From the NCBI RefSeq assembly GCF_009914755.1, contig NC_060935.1: DNA of 64,000 nucleotides. One strand, given 5' to 3'. A model generated the notes under the pieces. It saw only the letters and a program-made list of their open reading frames with translations, was not told the origin of the DNA and searched no databases. The translations under genes and the position numbers were made by a program. Positions 52,961-64,000 of this stretch are shown piece after piece; position 1 is the first letter of the stretch, and the number at the start of each line of letters is the position of its first letter. This stretch comes from the human T2T-CHM13v2.0 reference genome, Homo sapiens.

Positions 52961-54684
52961 TAAATATTCATATCTGCAAACTGTCCTGAAAATTATTATC
53001 ATCACTTCAGTAAGATTAATTTATTTCCCCCGGGTTGCACAGTGAGTAGGTGGCAGAATTGGGATTCAAAATCAGATGCCTCATTTTAGAAGTTATAATC
53101 CAGATCTGTGAGAATCTGTAGCCTCTGGTCTCACTGATACATGATAGCATCCCCCTACTTTTTGTATTAAATTGTTGTGTTGACATGGTGTCTAACTTCA
53201 GCTATACCTTTTAATTCAATTTGCAGACAAATCAATAGTGTTACTGGAAGTTTACTATGAAGTCTAAAAATGTCTGTTTTTATCTATTGATATCTTATTG
53301 ACAAAACCACCACTATACCACAAAATGTAAATATCTTCTTGAGAGTATTAGTGTCAATTTAGAAAGATAATTAACTCTGAATTGGACTGACTTTTAAAAG
53401 CTATGCATCATTTACATGTCCAATAATTTTGATATGAGGTAGAAATTTGATGTGTTTTGTTTTGATTTTTGTAGTATACTTTTACTAATAATCTGTTTCT
53501 ATCTCAATCCCCATTCTCCAAACCTTACAATGACTTTTATTGAACAACATCTCAAATTTATTATTAATGAATAATCAAAATTGAAAAAATATGTATTTGC
53601 TACCCTCAATGAATTCATATTTTAGAGATAAAGACTGACAACTAAACAATTTCAGTACATACAGCATGTCTTATAATTATTAAAAGCACAGGGTAAACGA
53701 AGGGACAGAGAAAGGCTTCTAAGCTAGCCTTAGGTGGCAAGGTTACAAGAAGAAGAAAGCTACCATGAAAAGATTCTAAGAAGAGGTATTGACCTTAAAA
53801 AAGTAGAAAAAGGGAAGGAAAATGTAAAAGATCCCCTCATACGTATTCCTCTGTTAGTGAAAGGAACGCTTAAGCACTTGGAATGATTTACAATCACTGA
53901 CTGCCAGAAAGTTTCAATGCCAGAACATTGAAAAGAGCTGCAGCTCTTTTAATGCCAGCTGAATAACAGTTTAGTAATACTGTCCTTGTATATTTTAGCA
54001 GTTTAATCATTTTACCAAATTGTATTAACTTGATCTTTGTTGGTGTAGGGCAGCTGGCTTAGCATGTGGTGGTAGGTACTATTAATTTTTAAAATATATT
54101 ACACAGCAACTGCTTAAAATAATCAATGAGCTATTGTATGTCCTGACTCATCATGTTCTTGTTTAGGTTAGCATTGCATATTTTTACATATTTTAAAGGA
54201 GGATCAGGGGATTTACAATAATCAGAATGAAGAGGCAAAATTGACAAACAGTAGTGTAAAATCAAAAGTGATAACTTCATGAACAAACTTTATAAGAGGC
54301 ATTTTAGCCACATTTCTAACATATGTCATGAGAAAAGTATGCAGTAAAAATCAGTAACAATAATTCAACAATGCCTTAACATTTTAGAGCACTTGAATTT
54401 TAATTCATTTTTATAAATTAATATTCCTTAAGCTCCTCACTATCATGTGAGATATATAAAAATATAAATCATGTCTGCTTTGCTGTTAGTATGATAGCAA
54501 TATGTAGACTAACTACCTAACGGTATCAGGTATTTAAAAATAAAATATAATTGAATAACGTTATTGTTTTTATAGGTTGAATTCCAATCATCAGCAGAGA
54601 TAGAAATGGTGGCAGTAGCCCAGGAAATCACTTTAGTTCAACACACCTTACGAATGCTTCTGGAAGAAAAAAAACAGAGGGAGA

Positions 54685-55250
54685 TCCATTTGTGCAACAA
54701 GGATTAATTGAATACCACACAGGACAAAAGCCATTCTAACTGCTGGAAATACAACAATTAAAATACAAGCGTGATCCTTCAGAAAGTTTGCATATTATTT
54801 GAAGAAAATAGCCATGAAAATACATGGAAAAATATTGGGTACTTTGAGAGAAGAGAGACAACTGATCATAAAAAGGATTTTAATCCCTGCTAAGAAGCTT
54901 AGATTTTACTCTAAAACCAAAGTAAAGCTTTTTGAAGGATTTTAGAAGGGAAGTGACAAAATCACATTTGTTTCTAGAAAGATCTTCCAGGCTTCACAAG
55001 GAAAATGAATTCGTGGGAATAGACAGAAAGCAGGTCAGTCAAGGAAGAGAATTTTGTAGTAATCCAGGTGAGAGTTATCAGCAGTAGTGTAGAAGGGGGA
55101 TAAAGATAAACATATTTTTTAAAATATTAAGGAGGAAGAATCAATAGGACTCCCTATTTTTACAAAGTGGATGATTAGAAAAAGGGGAGAGTCAGATGAC
55201 CCTCAACTTCCCAGCTTATAGTACCGAACGAATGGTGATGTCATTTTGTT
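54685..55250 (-). mobile_element. L2 LINE fragment
   Basis: ttgaaggattttagaagggaagtgacaaaatcacatttg...agaaagatc...aatccaggtgagag. Confidence 0.7.
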
Positions 55251-55920
55251 CCCTAAAAGAAGGGGCAATTTATATTTCTTTGTCATTTAAATTAAGAGTG
55301 CTCTTACACAGATGATGACCCAAACTGTTCTTATATTACTGTGATTTTTTTTTCTCCCTCTCTTTGTGATGAGGAGCTTTTTAAGTGAATTTTAGTAACC
55401 TCAGAACTTAGCAAGTGTTCAATACATGTGTACCGTATGAATGAAATAGTGAATGAATGAATAGATAAATTGCTGTATATTACTTTATTTGAAATTTACA
55501 TCATCGCTGAGGGGAAGGAAAGGTAGATATAATTATAACAACTTTAGAAATGAGAATTCTGATACAAGGATGGGTTGAAGCACTTGGCCAAGATTACCCA
55601 GCAAGTAAACACTCACATGCCAGTACTCTTTTCACTGTATCAGCCTACTTCTTACTACCTGCTTTTCCATTGTCCCACTCCTCATGAAAAAGTTCCTATG
55701 AGTTATGGGCTCTTCATGTCCAAATTAACCAAGAAGATGTGCACTGAATTTCCCCATAATAAATTATGTGATATCATGGGGCATCTTATAATCTACAAAA
55801 TTACTATAATTAATGAAGGCATGTTGTTGGTGACTGGATCCATCAAGCTGTTCCTATGTTTTGCACAGCAGGTAAGAGATCAGATGCAAAGGGTGATGAT
55901 CAGCACTCCACAGTCAGTTT

Positions 55921-55975
55921 GACACACATACACACTCTCACACATGCACATGCACAAGCGCGCACACATACACCT
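55921..55975. repeat. Imperfect (CA)n microsatellite
   Basis: gacacacatacacactctcacacatgcacatgcacaagcgcgcacacatacac. Confidence 0.7.
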
Positions 55976-56368
55976 CAGAGAGCAAAAAATGCTGTCCTTC
56001 AGTCTAAAAAATAAAGCACTTAGGATCATTATGTGGTATGAATATGGTTGGCAGAGAGAATAAAGGTGTTGCTCCAATGTAATCAAACCCAGGAAGCCAA
56101 TTAAGAGTTGTAGGGACTTTGTGTAGAGTTCCTGATATCTCTGTAAGTTTTCTCATGGCACTTGGAGAAATGAATGAAAGAAAAACAAGTAAATCTAACA
56201 TAAAAATAACATACTAAACAGGAAAACAATGGTTTCTAAAACCCTTCTTCGGCACACCTCAGATTTCTAGGAGTTTCAGAAACATTGTTCATTTTTAAAA
56301 GTTATTAAAATCAACTACGTGTCAAATAGTGTGCTAGCTGGCTACAGAGGCAAATGAAACACAGTTGT

Positions 56369-56694
56369 CAGGGGTCCCCAACCCCCAGGCCTCTGATGGT
56401 CCCTGGCCTGTTAAGAACCAGCACAGCAGGAGGTAAGTAGCCAGCAAGCCTTATGGCCTGACCTCTGCCTCCCGTCAGATCAGCCAGGGCTTTAGATACC
56501 CATAGGAGCACGAATCCTTTTGTGAACTGTCCATGCAAGGGATCTAGGCTGCACACTCCTTATGAGAATCTAACTAATACCTGATGATCTGAGGTCAAAC
56601 AGTTTCATCACCAAACCATCTCCCCACTTCCGTCTATGGAAACATTGTCTTCCATGAAACTGATCCCTGGTGCCAAAAAGGTTGGGGACCACTG
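56369..56694 (+). mobile_element. MER1B hAT-Charlie MITE
   Basis: TIRs caggggtccccaacc ... ggttggggaccactg; internal gctgcacactccttatgagaatctaa. Confidence 0.92.
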
Positions 56695-57989
56695 AAGTTT
56701 TCGACTATCTATGAGACTACAAAATAGCACAGGAGTTGGAAGTAAAAATCACACAATTGAAATATAATGTGCTTCATGCAGTAATAGAATTGTCCTAGAT
56801 GGTGCAATGAAGTCAGAAATGTGAAATTATAATGGTGACAGTGTTACCCTAGATAAGCATTATATAGTTTTGTAGACTGAACAAATCTAACATAAACTTT
56901 TCTGAGTAACACTGTCCACATCTCAGAAAAGAGGAGAGTAATAGTTGTTATTTGATAGGTTATCAAAGGAGTTATTTATTTACTATTTTGAATGAATCTG
57001 AGACAGCTTCAGATGGTAGATGATATCTTTGCAAATTTGGGGGACATACAGTTTCTCAGGCAGCTGCAGGAAGAAAACATTCTGGGCTAAGGGAGCAGTA
57101 TGTACAAATTGGTGACAGTGTAACACAGCATAGTGCAATGTGACATAGCAGATGCTTTCCCAGTACTCACCCTCAGCTTGACCCTATCTCTTTTTTTCCT
57201 GCTCTGTCCTCTTCATGCTTCCTATTTAGATGCCAAAATGCATGCCATTTTTAAGTCTACAGTTAAGGGCAATTAGCAAACAAAGACAAACATAACACAA
57301 GAAATATACCTCCTGTCTAAGCTTCAGTTCAATCATTTTAAAGGCCCACAGAAGCTTTAAAATATTCTTGAGAAATAAACTCTGATCAAAAAGCCTAAAG
57401 CTCTGGTTGTCAGTTCATTCTCTGTCCATTCCACTCTGCCCGAAAGTAGGCATTTTGCAGAAGGCAATCAAAGCCAGGCATCGAAGAAATGTACAGAAAT
57501 TACCCTCTCCTGAATATTGTGCATTTTTCAGATGAGTGTAATTCCAAATGAGAACAGAAAAAAAGTACAATAGAAATACAAACCTAATTGATATATATGT
57601 CCTCTCAACTTTAGAGCGATGTTGAAAAATGGCAGTAAGTCTAGAATCACTCCACAATTAATATACATAAGCTCTAATGTCAATCACTTCAGATGTAAAA
57701 CAAAGCAGGTTAGAAAATCATGCAGAATCAATGAAATAAATGAGAGGAAAGACACAAATAAGCTATGGTAATCATGAGCTCGGCCATTCCTGGTTAATGA
57801 CTTCACCAACACCACTACCTGACAAGAAATGGTACTTATACTTATGAACTCTGTGTAGATGCACGTATATTTACTTTTAAAAAAATAAACATATTAAGTG
57901 AATCTATGTAACAGGTATATTATATATTATATATAGCATATATATTATCTATAATAATATATTATAGCATGTAAATACATATATGCTGT

Positions 57990-60240
57990 TATCATATTTT
58001 AAATGTGCTTATTTTATGCATTAATTCTATATTAAATAAAATCTTATATTTCAAGCATGTTATATATATGTCACAGTGAAATTTATGTATGAATAAAATC
58101 TCATATTCATTCTATAGAATCACAAGCCTGTGGAGAAGAAAGATATGAAAATATAATATTAAATATGCAATTAAAATGACTTCTTCATGTATCTGCTTAT
58201 TTATGCCAAAAATAAATATAGGAAGAATGAACCAGAAACTAAAGAGATTAGGTACTTACAGGAAGTATGTTAGAAACAGGACGAGAAGGGCAAGGGGTAT
58301 GGGGGAGTGAGCGAGATTTCTCTGAGTATAACTCGTTGTACAGCTCTGACTGTTGAAATTACGCTGAAGTTTTACACAATCAAATACATAAACAGAATCA
58401 ACAATGATAAGGGAAATTTTTAAATGGCATGCAAACATAAACAAATGAACCTAATTTATTTGAAATCAATAATAACCATATTGAAGGAGGTAAAAAGGAA
58501 AAAAGAAAGAAAAATTATTACTTTTATGAACCTAAATATTTTGATATTATACCCTAAGTCTGAAGGCAAAAAGCTGTAAATAAATAAATAAAATAGATAA
58601 TGAATTCTAGTTAGTAGAGCTATTTATTTCAGTGGCATGTGTATGTAAGCAATTCTGAAACCACTTTCTGTATATTCTAGGATTCAGCAAATAATTATTT
58701 TGTAGTAAGTATAGTTGAAACTTTCTCACTGCTGGAAAAAGGAGCTACAATATGCAAGGGGAAAGACTAGAAGGAAGCTGCATAAATAAGCAGATACAGA
58801 TAATATTTTAAGTAGATAAGACACATAGAGAGATTCCTAGAAATATGTGTGTATGTATATACATATGCCCTATCTCTATTTGTTGACAGAAACTGGGAAC
58901 AAGGACATCATAATAAAAATGGGCCCATCACACACCAAAATGTGGTTTCTAATTTAAAATTTCCACTAAATAAATTAATTTAGAAAATGCAGACAGAAAC
59001 AATTCTCCTGAAGAAATAGCTAATTCTAGGGCTGAAATTGAAAAAGTATGAGATGAGTCTGGTTCATTTTATTGTAGGAAAAGAACATGTTTTCAAAGTA
59101 TGTTTGAGACATATTCCAAAAACACAGATACTAGATTGAAGGAGCTCCAATGAACCAATCTGGGCTGTTTGAGCATCCAAAATCTCAGTTTATAATCAAT
59201 GGAATAGAATAAAAATGCAATGGCACAAACTAATATAAATGAATGAATAGATAAATGAGAAAGAAGGGATTTATTTGTAGTAGAATGCCAACTGCTGAGG
59301 AAAGAACGATGGAATTAGAAATGATCAATTAGCAGCCATAATAGTAATAACTGATTTCACCATAAATCATCATTGGGTGTTAAAACTAGTAAATTAAAAT
59401 TTGAGGGGTAATAGGATATTTATATAGTCTCAAAGTATCTCCCTTTAAGGTACCTATTAATTTCAAACAGAAAAGTAGAATATTATAGTGGAGAAATCTA
59501 ACACCACCTTAAATAAATGATCAAAGTTAATATTACAGGAAATGAGACAAATCAGCAGTGGATGTGCTACTATAATGCACTAACAAGTCAGTTCTGTGAC
59601 TTTCCTGCCAAAAAAGTGTAATCAACAGCCAACATAAGGAAACATCAGACAAACACAATTTGAGGGTCATTCTACAAAATAAGTATCCTGTACTCTTCAA
59701 AAATGTCAGTCATAAAAGATTAAAAAAAACTTATTTCATATTAAAGGAGATTAAAGATTTGTGATAGCTAATTGCTATGTGTGATCTCAGATTAAACACT
59801 AAACAAAGACAAAAATGTACACACATAAACATGACATACATGCATAAACACAGAATATTATTGGAATAATTGCTGAAATTTGAATAAGGCCTATGGCATC
59901 AATTTTAAGTTTTTGTATGATGGATATGTGAGACAATTATTTTATTTTTAATAAACAAACTTTGAATATTTTAGGGGTTAAGGGTCTTCATGCATATAAG
60001 TTACTCTCAAACATTGAGAAAAAATAGTAGGTGTATGTATATTATCAATATTTGTGTACTTATCTATGAATATATGTATAGAAAAGTAACATGTGTAAGA
60101 GAGAATATGAAAAAAAATTGTAGTGAATTATTAATAATTGGAAAATCTGGGTGAAGGGTATATTTTATTCTTTAAAAGATTTTAGAAATTTTCCGTAAGT
60201 CTCACATTATTCCAAAATGAAAATTTGAAATCATGAAACA
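57990..60240 (+). mobile_element. L1MC-type long 3' UTR
   Basis: accagaaactaaagagatt...tctctgagtata...aaacatcagacaaacacaatttgaggg...gaaaatctgggtgaagggtata. Confidence 0.7.
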
Positions 60241-60249
60241 ATACTTAAT

Positions 60250-61150
60250 GTAATTTGTCATTACAAAAGTGCAAATTTAATCCCAGCTTCTCATGAGGCT
60301 GAGGCATGATAATCGTTTGAAGCCAGGAAACGGAGGTTGCAGTGAGCCGGAGATTGCACCACTGCACTCCAGCCTGGGCAATGGAGTGAGACGCTGTCAA
60401 AAAAAAAAAAAAAAAAAAAAAGGTAGATAGATGGAAAGTGCAAATTAAATCACAATCAGATAATGCCAGACACATATCCAAATGACTAAAATTTTAAAAG
60501 AAAATGACAATACCAAATGACAGTGATTATGCAGAGCACCTAGAACTTTAACAACTCACTAGTGAGAGTGCACAATGTTACTTCCATTGTGGCAGACAGT
60601 TTGGCAGTTTTTTATACACACATGCACTAAACATATACCCAAGAAATTCCACTCTTACGTAGTGAAATGAAAATCATGTCTACACACAAAAATGTATGTG
60701 AATGTTCAAAATTACTTTATTTTTAACTGCCAAACTGGAAACATTTTGAATGTCTCTGAACTACAGACTGGATAAACACATCATGGTACTAATATAAAGT
60801 ACAGTATTATTCAGCAATAAAACCATAGATACTTGCTAAAACATGGATGAATCTCAAATGAATTACACTAAGGAAAAAAAGTCAGATCCAAAAAGCTACA
60901 TCCTGTATGTACACATTTTTACTACAGTTTTGCAAAGTGAAAACTGTAGGAACAGAAAATAGATCAGTAATTGCCAGAATCTGGGGTGGAGAAAACAGCT
61001 GACTGCAAAGGGTCACCAGATAATTTTGGAGACTAATGGATGGAGCTGTTCTTTATCTTCATCATGGAGGTGGGTGTGCAATTGTCAAAACTCAGATAAT
61101 TGTATTACAAAAAGGATAATTCTCCTGTATATTATACCTTAGTACAAAGA
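60250..61150 (+). mobile_element. L1MB/ME-type ORF2 end and 3' UTR, interrupted by an Alu
   Basis: gcaaattaaatcacaat...atggatgaatctcaaa...aacagaaaatagatcagtaattgccag. Confidence 0.75.
60278..60434 (+). mobile_element. 5'-truncated Alu (right arm only) with 12-bp TSD
   Basis: taatcccagc...gcactccagcctgggc...poly(A); TSD aaagtgcaaatt at 60266-60277 and 60435-60446. Confidence 0.92.
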
Positions 61151-63065
61151 AAGGGCAGAACGCAACAAATTTAAAAACATAAATTATTGACTCAAATGTG
61201 CAAGCACTGAGGTTATTTTTTGAGGGCCTGCTACTCATCACTCAACTTCTGAGACAAGGAAGTTATTTCCACTATCTCCTAATGATTTATCACTAATAAT
61301 ACTAATAATAATAGCATTGAATGCAGGAAGATCAGGCATTGCCAGGGAAGGCTTCCTGAGCTGAGTGATAAGGAATAGGCAGTACAAAAGGAATATTTGG
61401 GAAAGGTACAGTGGTGACATTACAAGGAAGTTATTTCCACTATCTACTCATGATTTCCACTATCTACTAATGATTTATCTCTCCTTGCAGTTTAGCAGGC
61501 TTCTGGAGGCACTGAGACCTGATATAACACAAGGTTGAGACACCACTCTCTTGTGTAATGCAGTGCATGGAGCCCAAGGAGAAAACGCAAAGAGAAAATT
61601 AACACAACAAAGTTACTAGTTAGGTCAATCATCCAAATACATTCTCCATTTAACGGAACTAGACCATTAGAGAATGCACCCAAATATTAAATAAGTCAGT
61701 GTCTGGGAGACAGCTGCTAAAACAATTCCTTAGAATGGGGAGAGAGGATGCATCAGGTATTTATGGAGTTCTCTCTTTTTAAAAAATCTTTATTTATTTG
61801 TTTGGCTGAGGAAGAATAAGCCATTTAAAGTATTTCTCCTTGAAATGAAAAAAAAAAAAAAAGAAACTTTCTCTGTGAAAGATACCAATCTCACTATGGA
61901 GTGTTCTGAGAACACATGATTCCACATCTGTTTCTCCAGCTTTTACTTTTTCTGGTGGATCAGATACTAGAGCTCCCTGAGGAATGATGTCATATTCAGC
62001 ACTGCTTTGCCATCCAGAATTATCCAGGCAGATCACAGAGATGCAGGATAAAAAAGAAAAATTTCCCTTGAATTGGTTTAAGCCAAAAGTGTGGAAAGGA
62101 AAGTGGTAGAAAATAGACAGCTGGATTTTGAGGAAGTCCCCTAACCACTTTGATCATCTTAAAGGATGCCACATGGGAGTTCTCCAGCAGCCTACATTCT
62201 CAGTAAGGGCAGTGGTATTGGAAGGTTCACAGCAGTGTATGAAACATCTACATATAAGCGCAATGCTTCCGTATGTGGTATACAATTACAATTGTAGCCA
62301 TCAAACCAAGAAAAATAGACAAAGTTTCTATAACTTGGAAGTAGAAAAATTATTTTCTTTCTGAGACAAGCAAAGGCAAAATCTGATACACTGACTGTTT
62401 AGGATTTGGCCTTGTGAGAAAACATTTGTTATAAATTGTATATAGAATTGAAAACCTGCGGCAGCTCTTTCACTGAATTTTGTGGCCTCAGGTACTGGCA
62501 GATAAGGAGACATGGCATAGAATTGTGCTATCAATATTTGACAATTTTCTGGCCTTACCTTTTAACGTGGCTTTCAGCCTGTTTGGGGTTCTATCAAATT
62601 TTGATCCTTCTTTCCATGTTGAGTTGATTTTTTTTTTCACACACTACACTGCCTTATAATAAATGGGACAGAATAACGGGTCGGTCACCTTGCCAAAGAA
62701 AAGATTGCAGAGTAATGCGACTTTCTGACATTTAGCAATTCTGATGTAGCATTGATTCATTGATTATTTTTGTCAGTAAAATAGTTAATAAATGTTATTA
62801 CTAGGTTATTAATGGCCCTGCAAAGGTATTGTAAAATTTGTTAAACTATGGTATAGGAACTTATTAAATGTATTTATTATTGAATGTATTTTTGAATTTA
62901 TTTACTATTATAAGTATATAATTCTTAAAAATTTGTAGAAAGCAGTTAAAATTACTTTTTTCCAATTGAGATAGTTATCATTGCTGAAACAAAAGCCTAA
63001 GTGTGCTAGAATAAGCACTTACATCTTTCTTCAATTTTCAGTATTTTAGAATTAAAAGAGAAAGT

Positions 63066-63189
63066 GGGGAGAGAGAGAAACACATCAAAATTTCCTGATA
63101 TGCATAAAAGTACCTTACATTAGCAGAGGGGAGAGAGAGAAACACATCAAAATTTTCTGATATGCATAAAAGTACCTTACATTAGCAGA
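63066..63189. repeat. Tandem duplication, 2 x 62 bp, one mismatch
   Basis: ggggagagagagaaacacatcaaaattt(c/t)ctgatatgcataaaagtaccttacattagcaga twice. Confidence 0.95.
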
Positions 63190-63764
63190 GAGGTAAAGCA
63201 GTTCGCTTATTATTACAGAACAAATCATTGACATAACTAGGAACACTCTCCTGACTTTAATTCAAATAATTTAAAACATCCTGCCTTACCCTATATTCCT
63301 AAAGCAAATACTAAAACATTACAAGAAATAATAGCTTTGAATTTAATTAGAAGTATTTTTGTCACCTAATATTTTCTTCAAACAAAAAACTAGTAAAACA
63401 ACAAAGAACCTTATCTATTTTCAGAGTGGCTGAGAAATTCCTGTATGTTTTCTGATGAATGTGTTTATAGAAGTCTCAGAGAAGGGATGAAATTAACAAA
63501 AGACATATTTACAAAAGATTAACTTTTGCAAATCATGTTACTTCCTAAGAATAGAGCTTTCCTGCCAGACTTCAGCATCATACATTGGTACATGTCTTTT
63601 TTGTTTTGGATTTACAATGATTCTCCTCACACAGAATTAAAGCAATAAAGAGCTTAAGAAAAAGTTTTCATTCCATATCAACTCTCAATTTACTGAACCA
63701 TCCACTAAGACACTGCCCTGGGTACTTATATATGTATTATCTGATAAAAACTTCATAATACTTC

Positions 63765-64000
63765 TATGCATTCATTCAATAAATCATCAACAGTTGATTA
63801 AGAACTACCCTGGCACTGTCCAAGGTACTATGGGCACAGAGATTAAGTTATTTTAGCTTTCAGGAAATAGTATTCTTGAGAGGGAGTCAGACAAGGAAAC
63901 TAGCTATTTCAAAAGAGTAAGATAATACTCTGTAGGAGAAGAAAGCTGAGGATTGTGCCAGGGCAAGCAAGAATAGCACTGAAGCAAGATGCAGGAAGAT
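63765..64000 (-). mobile_element. L2 3' end fragment
   Basis: attcattcaataaat...ctggcactgtccaaggtact...gggagtcagacaa. Confidence 0.6.

Noticed and set aside
55575-55922. 115-aa ORF containing a CAG|GTAAGA donor
   Set aside because: TTG start in a MIR-like relic, no recognisable homology and no strong paired acceptor.
41604-60434. Inverted Alu pair forming dsRNA
   Set aside because: About 18 kb apart and one is only a half Alu, so pairing is unlikely.

Overview
AT-rich primate (almost certainly human) non-coding DNA made mostly of transposon fossils. I recognise no host protein-coding exon, RNA gene or CRISPR array; the listed ORFs are TE remnants or chance ORFs. Main elements: (1) the 3' end of a HERV-H provirus (1-1760) with an unusual deletion pattern (integrase core lost, env SU N-half kept in frame with one W>stop, TM lost) and a complete LTR7; (2) a five-level nested insertion at 15137-27141, MLT1A > Tigger1 > LTR26-like LTR > L1MA1 > complete THE1C provirus; (3) a second nest at ~32500-42000, where a near full-length L1PA15/16 with a 13-bp TSD carries a locally templated 275-bp inverted duplication of its own endonuclease region; (4) solo LTRs, MER transposons, three Alus, MIR/L2 relics and several young tandem duplications; (5) two candidate + strand non-coding exons with strong splice signals downstream of the HERV-H. 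Subfamily names come from recalled consensus sequences and need RepeatMasker/Dfam confirmation. I found no convincing new biological system; the findings are structural and evolutionary.
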